The notes under the pieces are model-generated. The model made no database searches, was not told the origin of the DNA, and saw only the letters and a list, made by a program, of their open reading frames with translations. DNA of 64,000 bases from NCBI GenBank assembly GCA_041601615.1, contig JBFIHX010000002.1, forward strand, positions 160,001 through 224,000. The letters are read 5' to 3'. Numbering within the stretch: position 1 is the first letter of the stretch; each line of letters starts with the position of its first letter. Source of the DNA: Thermoplasmatota archaeon. Lineage in GTDB: Archaea > Thermoplasmatota > E2 > JACPAO01 > JAHFTW01. The position numbers and the translations under genes are program-made. Shown one piece after another: positions 30,786 to 40,713 of this stretch.

Positions 30786-31559
30786 CTATTCGAACCGTAC
30801 AGCGCGCATGGACAAGTCGCCCATGTCGAATCCCTCGATGGGGAAAGAGACCTCGTCCCCTTCCGCAACCCCCGCGGCGTACAGCAAGGGCAGGTAATGG
30901 TCGGGCGTGGGGTGTGCGTCTCGACCAACGTCGGTCTGAAGAGCCGATAGCAGCCATTGTTTGTCGCCTTGCTCTACGGCTTTTGCCGCGCGTTCATCGA
31001 ACTCGGCGGTTTGAGGTTCGGTGCTGGTGTCCCGGACCCGCATCTTGTGGAAGGCGCGACCAAAGTTGTGCGTGATGTTGCCGGAGCCCACGATGAGCAC
31101 ACCCTCATCCCGCACCGGGCGAAGGGCTTGCCCGATGGCCCAATGGGTCTCCATGGCCGCCGTGGCGTCGATGCTGACTTGGACAATCGGCACGTCGGCT
31201 TTCGGGTACATGTGGCGTAGGACGCTCCATGTGCCGTGGTCGATGCCCCAGTCGTGGCGCACGTCGGCTCCGACGTCTTGGAGCAAGTCTGCGGTCTCTA
31301 TGGCGAGATTCGGGTCGCCTTTGACGGGGTATTGCACGTCGTACAATTCGGGTGGAAATCCCCCGAAGTCGTGGATGGTCTCTGGGTCGTCGTTGCCCGT
31401 GATGTGGGTTCCTTGGGTGTAGTAGTGGGCAGAGATTGCCAGCACGGCCCACGGCGTGGGGATGCCATCGCTCAATCCTTGGAACGCCTTGCTCCATTGA
31501 TTGTCTTGGATCGCATTCATGGGGTTGCCGTGGCCCACGAACAGTGCTGGCATCGTCAT
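30786..31559 (-). CDS. ygiD: 4,5-DOPA extradiol dioxygenase (LigB family)
   Basis: ALFVGHGNPMNA, ISAH, TIHDFGGFP, GIDHGTW, GSGNITHN, AHPTPDHYLPL. Confidence 0.92.
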   Translation of the reverse strand: MTMPALFVGHGNPMNAIQDNQWSKAFQGLSDGIPTPWAVLAISAHYYTQGTHITGNDDPETIHDFGGFPPELYDVQYPVKGDPNLAIETADLLQDVGADVRHDWGIDHGTWSVLRHMYPKADVPIVQVSIDATAAMETHWAIGQALRPVRDEGVLIVGSGNITHNFGRAFHKMRVRDTSTEPQTAEFDERAAKAVEQGDKQWLLSALQTDVGRDAHPTPDHYLPLLYAAGVAEGDEVSFPIEGFDMGDLSMRAVRFE

Positions 31560-32134
31560 CAGTGCCTCAGGTGGAACCCGATGTCTGGGCCCATTCCAAT
31601 GACGTAACCGAGTTGGATGTTCAAGTATCCAAGGGGTTCGAGGAGCCGGGCGTTCTGGAGGGGTCCTGCGTCCACGGCGTCGAAGCCGATGGCCTTGGCC
31701 AGGTCAATCACGCGTTGCTTGGCTTCGGCATCGTCTCCGGCGACGAACGTGGTGAGTTGTTCGCCCTTGAGCCGGCCGGTGTTCATGTGTTGGGCGAAGA
31801 TGCCGTTGAACGCCTTGACGACGCGAGCATCCGGGACAGCCTTCTGTAGCTCTTCGGCCCCACTAGTCGTGTAGCCGAGCGCCAGCTGCATGTCCTCCGC
31901 CAGGGCATTGGTGACGTCGATGACGGTCTTGCCGACCCAAGTCGAGCCGGCCGTCTTGACGACGTCCTGCACGGCGCCAAACGGCACCGCCAGGATGATG
32001 GTGTCCGCTTCTTGGCTGGCTCGGCGGACTTCAGCGGGATCCTTTCCGACGCTGACGACCTCTTGGCCACTTTCTTTCAGGCCCTTCGCGAGGGCCGTTC
32101 CGACGTTTCCTGTTCCAATGATTGCAATGGTCAT
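31559..32134 (-). CDS. NADP oxidoreductase (F420-dependent NADP reductase-like)
   Basis: IIGTGNVG, ILAVP, IDVTN, SGAE, VVKAFN, AGDD, DAGPL. Confidence 0.88.
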   Translation of the reverse strand: MTIAIIGTGNVGTALAKGLKESGQEVVSVGKDPAEVRRASQEADTIILAVPFGAVQDVVKTAGSTWVGKTVIDVTNALAEDMQLALGYTTSGAEELQKAVPDARVVKAFNGIFAQHMNTGRLKGEQLTTFVAGDDAEAKQRVIDLAKAIGFDAVDAGPLQNARLLEPLGYLNIQLGYVIGMGPDIGFHLRH

Positions 32135-32167
32135 GTTGAATTCTCCTTGGGTTTGAGGTGAAGGGGG

Positions 32168-32563
32168 TTAGATGAGGCTCCAGGCCCAGGGCGTCGCGAC
32201 GCCGTACAGTGCGAGAACGGCGCCCAAGAGACCGAGGTTCTTGGTGAAGTTCACTTGCTCACCCATGCGTTGCATGGGGTCTTCGACCTTCCAGAAGTCA
32301 TGCATCTTCGGGGTAACGCCCACGAAGAAGAGGGCGGCTAGGGCGAGTCCGACTTGTGGGAAGACACCGAGCAGAATGCTTGCGCCGGCGGCCAGTAGCA
32401 GGGCGCCGCTTGCGAGCACGGCGAACATAGCGGCAGGAACGCCTTTGCTTTGGGCGTACCCAGCCATCATTTTGCGGCCGGCGAAGTGTCCGATGCCGGA
32501 GTAGAGCAGGTAGGCGCCGAGGAGGGCGCGGCCGATCACGAATGCGATGGTGGTTGGTTCCAT
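32168..32563 (-). CDS. DoxX family membrane protein
   Basis: GR.LLG, GIGHF, KGVP, HDFW, FTKNLGLLG. Confidence 0.88.
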   Translation of the reverse strand: MEPTTIAFVIGRALLGAYLLYSGIGHFAGRKMMAGYAQSKGVPAAMFAVLASGALLLAAGASILLGVFPQVGLALAALFFVGVTPKMHDFWKVEDPMQRMGEQVNFTKNLGLLGAVLALYGVATPWAWSLI

Positions 32564-32700
32564 GTGTGTTGTCTCCACGGGCATTGCCCGCAGACTATAC
32601 TACGCATCGAGGAGTATTATACTATCAAGTTCGAAGCTTAGGAGTTGCTCCTAACTCCGGGAGCAATAGCATTAAGGCTCCCGGATTGCAAGTATAGTTC

Positions 32701-33033
32701 ATGGCAGATGGGGAAACCTGCACCCTCAGCGACCTCTTTCGACTCCTGGGCGAGCGGCACGTCCCCGATGTCATTCACCGCGTCCTCCAAGAGGAGTCCG
32801 TGCGATTCAACGCGATTCAAGAGGATCTCAGCATGAGTCCCAACACCCTCAGTGACCGCCTCAAGAAACTCCAGGCGGCCGGCCTGGTCACGCGCCACGC
32901 CTACCAGGAAATTCCGCCCCGCGTCGAATACCGCGCCACAGCCAAAGCCCGCGAACTGGCCACGGTGTTCGACATCCTCGGGCACTGGGCTGGGAAGCAC
33001 ACGCTGACGCCCGAACCCGTGGTTCCGACCTAG
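32701..33033 (+). CDS. HxlR-family transcriptional regulator
   Basis: RFNAIQ, TLSDRLKKL, EIPPRVEY; divergent from doxX. Confidence 0.9.
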   Translation: MADGETCTLSDLFRLLGERHVPDVIHRVLQEESVRFNAIQEDLSMSPNTLSDRLKKLQAAGLVTRHAYQEIPPRVEYRATAKARELATVFDILGHWAGKHTLTPEPVVPT

Positions 33034-33242
33034 GCCCGCACGGCGATTTGCAAAGCCGCGTTTATCATGCGGTTTTCCCCTGTTGGCGACCCAGAAGATT
33101 TCCGCCAATGCCGTAGAAATTTTCAGCGTACCTTGGCGCCCGTCGGGCAGCCGCTGGCTCAAACATGACTCAAACACGGGGGCAGTGGGCTTGGTTGGGT
33201 GGGGGTTGCGAGTCTTAGGTGAAATGCCGTACGCCCGCTGCG

Positions 33243-33812
33243 TCAGGATAGGACTTCGAAGAGGAGCATGGCCGATCCGATGAGCAGGAAGACTGCAGCA
33301 CCTACAAGTTGCACAATTTCCGGACGGACGTTTCGCCCAATCCAGGACCCGATGAGAATTGCAAGAGCTGCGGACGCCCACAATGCTATTGTCCCGCCGA
33401 GGGCGGTCGCCCAGAATGCGCCGGATTCGGCGGCAAGTGCGGCCACGGCCAACTGTGTCTTGTCCCCGAGTTCTGCGACGAAAATCAGGGAAAACGCGGG
33501 CAGGACTCCGGCCGCCGCAACGCCCATGGAGCCCCCCTCTTCTCGATTGCGCAGTGATTTGATGCCGAACAAGATGAAGAGCCCCGCAGCCAGCAAAACG
33601 ACGACCCTTCGAGGAACGAGTCCCTGGATGAATTCCCCCGCGACAGCCGCCCCGAACGTGAGCAGAAGAAATGCAGCGGCAGCTCCGATCCAGACGCGCA
33701 CGCTGCTGCCGCGACCGGAGGACATGGCCAACAACGCCAGTTGGGTCTTGTCCGCGAATTCCGCGAGGAAAACGACGCCAAAGGCGAGGGCAAAATCCAA
33801 CGGAAATCCCAC
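33243..33812 (-). CDS. TMEM165/GDT1 (UPF0016) Mn/Ca transporter
   Basis: Duplicated AEFADKTQL / AELGDKTQL motif. Confidence 0.9.
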   Translation of the reverse strand: MGFPLDFALAFGVVFLAEFADKTQLALLAMSSGRGSSVRVWIGAAAAFLLLTFGAAVAGEFIQGLVPRRVVVLLAAGLFILFGIKSLRNREEGGSMGVAAAGVLPAFSLIFVAELGDKTQLAVAALAAESGAFWATALGGTIALWASAALAILIGSWIGRNVRPEIVQLVGAAVFLLIGSAMLLFEVLS

Positions 33813-33835
33813 GGGGGCGGGACACCTTGGGGGCG

Positions 33836-34543
33836 TTAGAACCGAGCGGTCTCAACAGACGCGGCCGGAGGCCGGACCCGCCACGAGGCGCCATGCAACG
33901 GAGGCATGTGGCCGCGTCGCGTAACTTGTTCTCTCGAATCGCTGCCGCAGCGCGTTTGGATTCCCGCTTGGAGTTTCTTGATGATTTTGCCCATCTCTCC
34001 CGTGGCAAGCCGGCCAGGTCCGAGCGGGCCTGAACGATCCTGGCCGATGGGCGGCAGCGTGTTCAGGGCGTGGAGTAGGTCAACTGAGGCATGTTTGATT
34101 TGCCAACGGATCTCGTCGGCTATCGTCGTTGGATTATCCGGCGCGGCCAGCGCTGCGGCTCGCACTGCGTACGCCGCAGCTCCCAATGCGTGTGCTCCCA
34201 TGTGACAAACGGCTCCCGCTTGACCTGCTGCATGGGCTGCGGCCTTGGCGGCCGGCGTGGTGGCCGCGCGAATAGCCCCACCCCCCTCGAAGCGGGAGCC
34301 AATACCTGTGGAGGCGCTGATTTCATCACTCGCGAATGTGCGGGCGCGAGCAATGTCTTCGTGAGGGCGACGGTCACCTGGGTTGGAGGCTTCGAACAAC
34401 GAGAGCACCCTCTCAGCGCAATCTGCAGCCCAGGCCGCCGCAAGCCGGCGATCATCTTGGCTTAGGGTCTGCTGCGAGGTCCGTCCCGCCATGTTTGGTG
34501 CCGGCATATTCCATGCCGGCTTCATGGCACTTGGGTTTGACAC
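33836..34543 (-). CDS. Imm5-like 'putative immunity protein'
   Basis: AAWAADCAERVL.LFE…PGDRRP and AAGQAGAVCHMGAHALGAAAYA; start uncertain. Confidence 0.7.
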   Translation of the reverse strand: MSNPSAMKPAWNMPAPNMAGRTSQQTLSQDDRRLAAAWAADCAERVLSLFEASNPGDRRPHEDIARARTFASDEISASTGIGSRFEGGGAIRAATTPAAKAAAHAAGQAGAVCHMGAHALGAAAYAVRAAALAAPDNPTTIADEIRWQIKHASVDLLHALNTLPPIGQDRSGPLGPGRLATGEMGKIIKKLQAGIQTRCGSDSREQVTRRGHMPPLHGASWRVRPPAASVETARF

Positions 34544-34710
34544 GCGATTCGTGCCTATGCGACGGGCAATGGCACCAAAGCTAGATGCGGGTCGATCTCA
34601 GCGGCCGCCCCGTCCCGCACGAGCGTGTTGTTCGGCGGAGCCTTACGCCCGATCTTCTGTCCCGGCGGCCACGTTCTGCCCCTCCGCATTGATGAAAGCG
34701 CGGCACGAAC

Positions 34711-35271
34711 TCACCGCACGGCGTACCGCAAGAAGACCACGCCCGACGGGAATTGCTTCTGATCAATCAATTCGAGGTTCAGGCGGAGGCCCTCTGGGAA
34801 AAACCGTTTCCCACCACCCACGATAATCGGGCACTGGATGAGATGGATCTCGTCCACGAGGCCTGCGTGAAGTGCTTGACCAGCAAGCTCGGGACCATCC
34901 ACCGAGATGCCGTGCGCGGCCCCCGCCTTGAGTCGCCGAATTGCATCCGGGTCAAATCCTCGCTCGATGCGCGTGTTTTCGCTTCGGGGCTGCTTGAGCG
35001 ACCTTGAGTAGACGACCTTGTGAGCCGCCTTCCACAGACGCGCAAACACCTGGCCCACCGGGGGCAAGTCCGGGTCGTGCTCGGCCGTCTCCCAGAACAC
35101 CATGACGTCGTACATGCGTCAGCCGTGCAGGTACGTTTGGTTGGATGCGTACAAGTCGTTGATGTACGCGAGCAAGTCCTCGTCTTCGGGGAAGCCCCAA
35201 CCAAATCGACCAGCGGAATCCTCTGCGTACCCATCAAGAGAGACAAACATGGCGTAGGTCAGCTTTGCCGT
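34711..35271 (-). pseudogene. RibD-C/dihydrofolate-reductase-like gene with an in-frame TGA and ACG at the expected start
   Basis: Reads TAKLTYAMFVSLDGY…TYLHG*RMYDVM…GLVDEI…PIIVGGGKRFF; TGA at 35119-35121. Confidence 0.8.
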
Positions 35272-35276
35272 GCAAA

Positions 35277-35849
35277 TCACCGGCTTTCGTTTGTCAGCTG
35301 CTTCACGAGATTGCCATAGTGCCTGTCAAGCTCTTCACGACCCGCCCAAAGCCCCGTGCCGGGGGCCTCGACGTGCAGCTGGCCACCCGTGAACGTCCCT
35401 CGGGGCGGGCCATGTTCACTACGATGGGCACCATCCAGCACGGCGCTCAGGACGTCGAGACAGATGTGCCACCCTGCAAGCTCGCCCTCGGCGCCATCCA
35501 GGGAGCGAAGCCAATACGTCATGACGAGTCGCGAACCGTTGCCGTCGGGGTGAATCTCCCAGAGGATGCTTGCCTCTGGCTCATTTGCGCTATCCTCGGC
35601 CTCCCATGTGTGGGCGAAGGCGCGCGGCGGGTCAAACCGGGTCACCCGGCCGGACATCGAAAGTCCAACATGGTCATGATGTTCGACGATGCGCCCCCCC
35701 ACGCGCGGCTCGAGCTCCGTACGCACGAACCACTCCCCAATGTGGGCCGGGTCGGTGATGGCCTTCCAGACCTTTTCGGGAGGGTGCTTGAGCATGCGCT
35801 CATAGGTGGCTTCGTAGCCCTTGCTCGTCTTTCGAATGGATCCGTACAT
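35277..35849 (-). CDS. SRPBCC/AHSA1 domain protein
   Basis: ERMLKHPPEKVWKAITDP…EW, AGWHICLD. Confidence 0.88.
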   Translation of the reverse strand: MYGSIRKTSKGYEATYERMLKHPPEKVWKAITDPAHIGEWFVRTELEPRVGGRIVEHHDHVGLSMSGRVTRFDPPRAFAHTWEAEDSANEPEASILWEIHPDGNGSRLVMTYWLRSLDGAEGELAGWHICLDVLSAVLDGAHRSEHGPPRGTFTGGQLHVEAPGTGLWAGREELDRHYGNLVKQLTNESR

Positions 35850-35853
35850 GGTC

Positions 35854-36162
35854 TCACATCTTGTCCAAGTGGTATTCCAGCGCGTCGAACTGTTCCTGCC
35901 ACACCGGCATGTGTCGCTCCAGCCAGGCGCGCATGGCCTGGAGTTCCTCGGCCCGCGTCGAATACAGCCGCCTCCGGCCGTCTTTGCGGACCGCGACGAG
36001 GCCGCCCTTACGAAGGATCGCCAACTGCTTGGACACCGCCGGCTGACTCAAGCCCAAGGCATCTGCCAGTTCTCCAACGTTGCGCTCTTGCTTCGCCGTG
36101 AGCTCGACGAGGCGTCGGCGGGTTGGATCGGCGAGAAGCTGGAACGCGTCGACCACACCCAT
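35854..36162 (-). CDS. ArsR/SmtB-family regulator
   Basis: FQLLADPTRR, SQPAVSKQLAILR, GRRRLY. Confidence 0.9.
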   Translation of the reverse strand: MGVVDAFQLLADPTRRRLVELTAKQERNVGELADALGLSQPAVSKQLAILRKGGLVAVRKDGRRRLYSTRAEELQAMRAWLERHMPVWQEQFDALEYHLDKM

Positions 36163-36597
36163 ACATACCTAACCAGACATATTTCTACATTTGCATGTTT
36201 TGGATTGGCGGCGCCTGAGCCTTGCCCCCGAACGGCGGACCAAGCAGCACGACCGCAGCCATCGACAGAAGCGACGTGGTGGGCGGCACGCACTGTGTAT
36301 GAATTGGTACTATTGCCACCAATCATGCGCGTAGAATTATCTCCATTCCTGTACCTGGTGCGCGTTTGTCGACGAATTGCCCAACCAACGAAGCTGCTGC
36401 AGCAGTGAGTCCTTGACCTTCAATACGCAGGTCACCGACGCCGCCATGGTCACTGAGGCGAATGTCCGCCCCGCCAGCGCCGGGGGGCTCGCGTGTTCTT
36501 GGCGGCCGACCAGTAAGTAGCTTCTTCGAACTACGTCACACATTCGCTTGGCCTTACCAACCGATGCCGCTCGACGATTTCGAAGCTCAGCAGCAGG

Positions 36598-36960
36598 CTA
36601 CTTGCCAAACGTATTGATCGCGCGAATCACAGTACCCTTGGAATTGGCAAACTGAATCACGTGGCAGAAGCTCCTCTCTCTGCCAGTGGTTGAGATGGAT
36701 GTTCCTGAGACAGCCCCAGCCTTGCCGTGCGTGACCACGCAGTGAATAGTCAAGGTTGCGGGCTGCGGAGGCTCTGCCAGACTCGCTAGGAATCGCGTCG
36801 CGTCGAGGAGGTCGCCGACCCCATTTGTCCACGTGAAGTCCTTGGAAAGGGCAGGTTTGAGTAAACCTGCCTCCCCCGTTTCAATGGAGATGGCGGTGTC
36901 TTCGGCGAATTGGTTCTTGGGGGAGTTGCCGCAGTCCGCGCTGCGCCGTACGGTTGTCAT
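36598..36960 (-). CDS. SnoaL/NTF2-like small protein
   Basis: DCGNSPK N-terminus, VVTHGKAGAVSG, FCHVIQF. Confidence 0.6.
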   Translation of the reverse strand: MTTVRRSADCGNSPKNQFAEDTAISIETGEAGLLKPALSKDFTWTNGVGDLLDATRFLASLAEPPQPATLTIHCVVTHGKAGAVSGTSISTTGRERSFCHVIQFANSKGTVIRAINTFGK

Positions 36961-37118
36961 CGACGATTGCAATTCTCGCCAACACTTCATTGCAGCGAAA
37001 TGCTGATCGACAACGAGCGGCACACGCGGGGCAACCGGATGTCAGCGCTGCAGACGGTGGCTGTTCCACTGATCTGTTGAACAAGCCGCCGACCATGCTG
37101 TCCGTGCAGATCCTGCCA

Positions 37119-37532
37119 TCAATTTGAGCGGTCGAAGTCTTTCTCTTCTAGCAATTTGCCCTGCTTGTCAAACTTCTTCCAAACGCCGACCTTCTTGCCG
37201 TCCTTGAACAGACCTTCGTCGTACAGGATGCCCGTCCCACCGTGGAAGCGGCGCCACATGCCGTGTTGCACACCCTCCTTGAAGTGACCTTCTTGGCGCA
37301 GGGTTCCATTGGCTGCATTCCACGTGAAGTGTCCATGTTCCAGGCCTTCCCGGTACTCCCCTGTGGACCACACCTTGCCATCTTTGTGGTAAGTCACCCA
37401 CGCGCCGTGCTTCTTGCCCGCTTTCCTCGGCCCCGTCTCTTTGACTTGGCCATTGGGGTAATGCGTGGTGTCCATGCCGTCTTGGATTCCTGTGGTCTCG
37501 CCGGTTCCACCGGGCCCTTTCTTCGCACTCAT
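37119..37532 (-). CDS. MORN-variant repeat protein (YwqK-like)
   Basis: Repeats of Y.NG…G.Y..G..HG.W. Confidence 0.85.
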   Translation of the reverse strand: MSAKKGPGGTGETTGIQDGMDTTHYPNGQVKETGPRKAGKKHGAWVTYHKDGKVWSTGEYREGLEHGHFTWNAANGTLRQEGHFKEGVQHGMWRRFHGGTGILYDEGLFKDGKKVGVWKKFDKQGKLLEEKDFDRSN

Positions 37533-37936
37533 CGTTCATCCCTCGATTGGGCGACTTGGATTAGGTTGCCACATGTGTCGTCGAAGACCGCCAATTTGAC
37601 GGGGCCGGCGTCCATTAGCGGCTGCACAAAAGTGACGCCGCGCTCTGTCAATGCGGCCACTTCGGATTCAATTTCCGTCGATCCCATGGAGGTCCAAGGA
37701 ATCCCGTTTGCGACCAGCGCTGTGCGGTACGCCTTCAGCTCGGCGGCGATTTCTGGGGTGCCGATGGGCTCCAGCAGCAGTTCGACGCCGTCCGGGCTTT
37801 CCGGATCGACAACGGTAAGCCATCGATGGTCTCCCATTGGAATGTCGTGCTTGACTTGGAAGCCTAGCTTTTTGGTGTAGAACTCGAGGGCGGTTGCTTG
37901 GTCATCCACGGGGATGCTGGTGACGACGATTTTCAT
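37529..37936 (-). CDS. VOC/glyoxalase family protein
   Basis: VDDQATALEFYTKKLGF, RWLTV, FDDTCGNLIQ. Confidence 0.9.
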   Translation of the reverse strand: MKIVVTSIPVDDQATALEFYTKKLGFQVKHDIPMGDHRWLTVVDPESPDGVELLLEPIGTPEIAAELKAYRTALVANGIPWTSMGSTEIESEVAALTERGVTFVQPLMDAGPVKLAVFDDTCGNLIQVAQSRDER

Positions 37937-38253
37937 TTCATGGTCCTCCTAATCTTGTCGAGCCACTTCTGCACGTCGGCCAGTTGGGTGCTACCAGTGA
38001 AGGCGAGTTGCTTGTACTTGCCTTCTTGTCGCGTGGTCACAAAGCCCGCATCTTCCAAGACTGCTAGGTGCTTGCGGATTGCTTGGCGCGTCATGTCGAT
38101 CCCATGGTTCATGATGAGTCGAGTGCCAAGTTCGTACAGAGTTTGCTCCTTGCGTTGTGCCAGTTCTTCCAGAATGGTCCGGCGCGTCATGTCCGACAGG
38201 GCGCGGAATGGATCACTGGGTTCGTCGGCCAACAAGCAACCATATGGTTGCAT
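37933..38253 (-). CDS. ArsR/SmtB-family regulator
   Basis: FRALSDMTRR, MTRQAIRKHLAVLEDAG; the true start may be a TTG just downstream of the operator. Confidence 0.88.
   Translation of the reverse strand: MQPYGCLLADEPSDPFRALSDMTRRTILEELAQRKEQTLYELGTRLIMNHGIDMTRQAIRKHLAVLEDAGFVTTRQEGKYKQLAFTGSTQLADVQKWLDKIRRTMK
38236..38251. promoter_or_regulatory. 16-bp perfect palindrome, probable ArsR operator
   Basis: GCAACCAT|ATGGTTGC overlapping the regulator's start region. Confidence 0.75.
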
Positions 38254-38297
38254 GATGATTTGAAGTTAGCGGGAGAAGACCATCGTACGCAAATTGC

Positions 38298-38699
38298 CTA
38301 TGCCTTACCAAGAGGATTCTGCTCGAACCATTCGACGATGCTTGGCATGTTCTCTTCAAACCCGCCTGGGAACGAAAGATTCAGCAAGCCCGCCTTGGCA
38401 TCGGACCTGTTCTCGAAATCGTGCTCCACACCGCCCGGGGCCAAGGCAAACCCACCCTTTGGAACGTCGTGCCATGTCCCGTCCACGAAGATGCTCATCA
38501 CGCCTTCGAAGACGAAGAACACGTCATCGTCGTCGTGTTTGTGGATGCCGGGCCCTTTGGAATGGGGCTCCAACCACCATTCGGAAATGGCGTAGCCACT
38601 CTCTGTCTCGCTGCCGTCCGCAAGGAACCGTGCCGTCATGGGGCCCATGTCGTAGTGGCGCCCCTCCCCGGGCGCCCTGACGAGCGGTTGCTTTGACAT
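38298..38699 (-). CDS. cupin domain protein
   Basis: GPGIHKH…DVFFVFEG, APGGVEHDFEN. Confidence 0.85.
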   Translation of the reverse strand: MSKQPLVRAPGEGRHYDMGPMTARFLADGSETESGYAISEWWLEPHSKGPGIHKHDDDDVFFVFEGVMSIFVDGTWHDVPKGGFALAPGGVEHDFENRSDAKAGLLNLSFPGGFEENMPSIVEWFEQNPLGKA

Positions 38700-38834
38700 A
38701 ACGCAACAATCGCGGAAAGCCGGTTAACTGTTGATGGCGGGCGGCACCCAAGGACATTGATTGGCAGCGGCCCCATCACAGCAGGCGTCCCTTCGGCCTG
38801 GTCGCGAATTAGCTCGTGATGTCCGTATGCATGG

Positions 38835-39335
38835 TCACTCCGTACCTTCGTAGGCGGCACGGATGGCCGCGACGTCCAGTTTCTGCATCTCCAGCAACGC
38901 CGCAAAGGCACGGGCATACGCCACCGAGTCGTCGCCTTTGACCATGTCCACCCAGTCGCGTGGCACCACCTGCCAGCTGACGCCGAAACGGTCCCGCAGC
39001 CATCCGCACTGGCTGTGCACCCCGCCCTCGGCGACGAGCGCCTCCCAATAGTGGTCAATTTCGGCCTGGTCCTTGCACATCACTTGGATGCTGAACGCAT
39101 CCGTCAGGTGCAGGTGCGGCCCGCCATTGAGCGCCGTGAAGGGACGCCCGGACAGTTCGAACTCCACGGTGAGGACACTGCCCGGCGGTTTGTTGCTGGG
39201 GTTCTCCATGCCATCGGGGTAGCGGCTGATGTGCGTGATGCGGCTTGCCGGGAACAAACCAGTGGCGAATTCCGCGAACGCTTCGGCTTGGTCGTCGAAC
39301 CACAGACACGGCACGAGGGGAACGATCTCTGTCAT
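38835..39335 (-). CDS. VOC family protein (3-demethylubiquinone methyltransferase-like/PhnB-like)
   Basis: PCLWFDDQAE, FTALNGGP, QAEIDHYW, CGWLRDRFGVSWQV. Confidence 0.9.
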   Translation of the reverse strand: MTEIVPLVPCLWFDDQAEAFAEFATGLFPASRITHISRYPDGMENPSNKPPGSVLTVEFELSGRPFTALNGGPHLHLTDAFSIQVMCKDQAEIDHYWEALVAEGGVHSQCGWLRDRFGVSWQVVPRDWVDMVKGDDSVAYARAFAALLEMQKLDVAAIRAAYEGTE

Positions 39336-39336
39336 G

Positions 39337-39756
39337 TTATTCCCCGTGGTGGTTGATCATCCAGGACATGCCGTACTTGTCCACGAAGGAGCCAAAGTAG
39401 TCGCCCCACGGCGCATCCATCAGAGGCATCTCCACTTTGCCGCCGGCCGAGAGCGCGGCGAACAGGTGGTCGGCTTCCTCGCGGCTGTCTGGGTGGACGC
39501 TGACGTGGTTGTGGTTTCCGACGGTGAGCACGTGCCCCATGGACGGCATGATGTCGCTGCCCATGAGCGCGCCGTTGCCGACGGGGAAGTTGACGTGCAT
39601 GATGCGGTCCAAATCGTCGTCGGGCACTTTGGCGTCGGGAGACAGGTCCCGGAAGCGCGTCAGGCGTTGCAATTCGGCGCCGAAGGCCGCAGCGTAGAAC
39701 CGCATGGCCTCCTCGCAGTTGCCGTCAAAGTTCAGGTAAGGGTTCAGTTGTGTCAT
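39337..39756 (-). CDS. VOC family protein (PhnB-like)
   Basis: LNPYLNFDGNCEEAMRFY, IMH, WGDYFGSFVDKYGMSW. Confidence 0.9.
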   Translation of the reverse strand: MTQLNPYLNFDGNCEEAMRFYAAAFGAELQRLTRFRDLSPDAKVPDDDLDRIMHVNFPVGNGALMGSDIMPSMGHVLTVGNHNHVSVHPDSREEADHLFAALSAGGKVEMPLMDAPWGDYFGSFVDKYGMSWMINHHGE

Positions 39757-39766
39757 GTCGATTCCT

Positions 39767-40231
39767 TCAGAGCGATTCCACGTACGCGGCGAGGCGGCCG
39801 AGGGTTTGGTAGCCACCTTCGATGGCGCCCGTTTCTTGCACGGCGCGGTCGCGGTCGGCGGCGGTGGGGAATTGGTGCTGCAACGTCACGTGGGTGCCTT
39901 CGGGCACTTCATCAAACCGGACGGTCAAGCGAAACCACGCCGGTTCTCCGTCCTCGGCGCCGTGGTCCCACACGATGGAGGAGGGCGGGTCCAATTCGGC
40001 GTAACGGACCCAGTTGGGGTACACGGTGCCGTCGGGCCCGGTCATGGTGAAACGCCAGAATCCACCCACGCGTGGCTCCATGCCAGCGGTCTCGGTGCGG
40101 AAGCCGTCGGGCCCGAACCAGCTGCCGACGTGGGTCGCGTCGAGGAAAGCGTCGTACACGCGTTGGCGGGGGGCGCGCACCACGCGGGTGATGGTGATGC
40201 CGCGCTCGGAGGTCAGCTCCTGCATGCTCAC
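39767..40231 (-). CDS. SRPBCC/AHSA1 domain protein
   Basis: APRQRVYDAF, WFGPDGF, RVGGFWRFTMTGPDG. Confidence 0.9.
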   Translation of the reverse strand: MSMQELTSERGITITRVVRAPRQRVYDAFLDATHVGSWFGPDGFRTETAGMEPRVGGFWRFTMTGPDGTVYPNWVRYAELDPPSSIVWDHGAEDGEPAWFRLTVRFDEVPEGTHVTLQHQFPTAADRDRAVQETGAIEGGYQTLGRLAAYVESL

Positions 40232-40713
40232 GCCTCCGGGCTGCCGTCCGGGATTTCAGGGACGACGAGCTGTTCGAGCATCGTGAGGGATTCCTGCCAG
40301 CCCATGGTGGCGAACTCGACGGGCACCTGCGGCGGAATGTTGCGTTGCGTGATTGTGACGAACGTTCCCGCTATCCCCTCTTCCAGTTCGATGGTGACGC
40401 CCATCTCGCCGGCCATAGCGGGGTCGTCGAACTCGTCCACGTACTGGATGAGGGTGTACGGCACGAGCTTGACATACTTCGAGGTGAAGCTGTGGCTGGC
40501 CCCGGTACCGAAGTTGGTGAAACTCATCTTGCATAGGCCACCTTCCTTGGCGTCCATAGAGTGGACGGTGCCGGTGAAGCCGTGCGGCGGGGCCCATTTC
40601 ACCATGGCGGCAGGGTCCAGGAACGCCTTGTAGACGCGCTCGGCAGGGGCGCGGAAGTGGCGGTGCAGTTGCAGGGTGTTGCCGGACGGGGCGGTTTTCT
40701 TCGGGGGTGTCAC
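40228..40713 (-). CDS. SRPBCC/AHSA1 domain protein
   Basis: APAERVYKAFLDP, WAPPHGF, GWQESL. Confidence 0.9.
   Translation of the reverse strand: MTPPKKTAPSGNTLQLHRHFRAPAERVYKAFLDPAAMVKWAPPHGFTGTVHSMDAKEGGLCKMSFTNFGTGASHSFTSKYVKLVPYTLIQYVDEFDDPAMAGEMGVTIELEEGIAGTFVTITQRNIPPQVPVEFATMGWQESLTMLEQLVVPEIPDGSPEA

Noticed and set aside
35119-35121. Selenocysteine or Trp recoding of TGA
   Set aside because: The position corresponds to a conserved Arg, and TGA is used as a normal stop throughout the window.
36200-36590. Short ORFs between the ArsR and SnoaL-like genes
   Set aside because: No motif support; probably decayed sequence.
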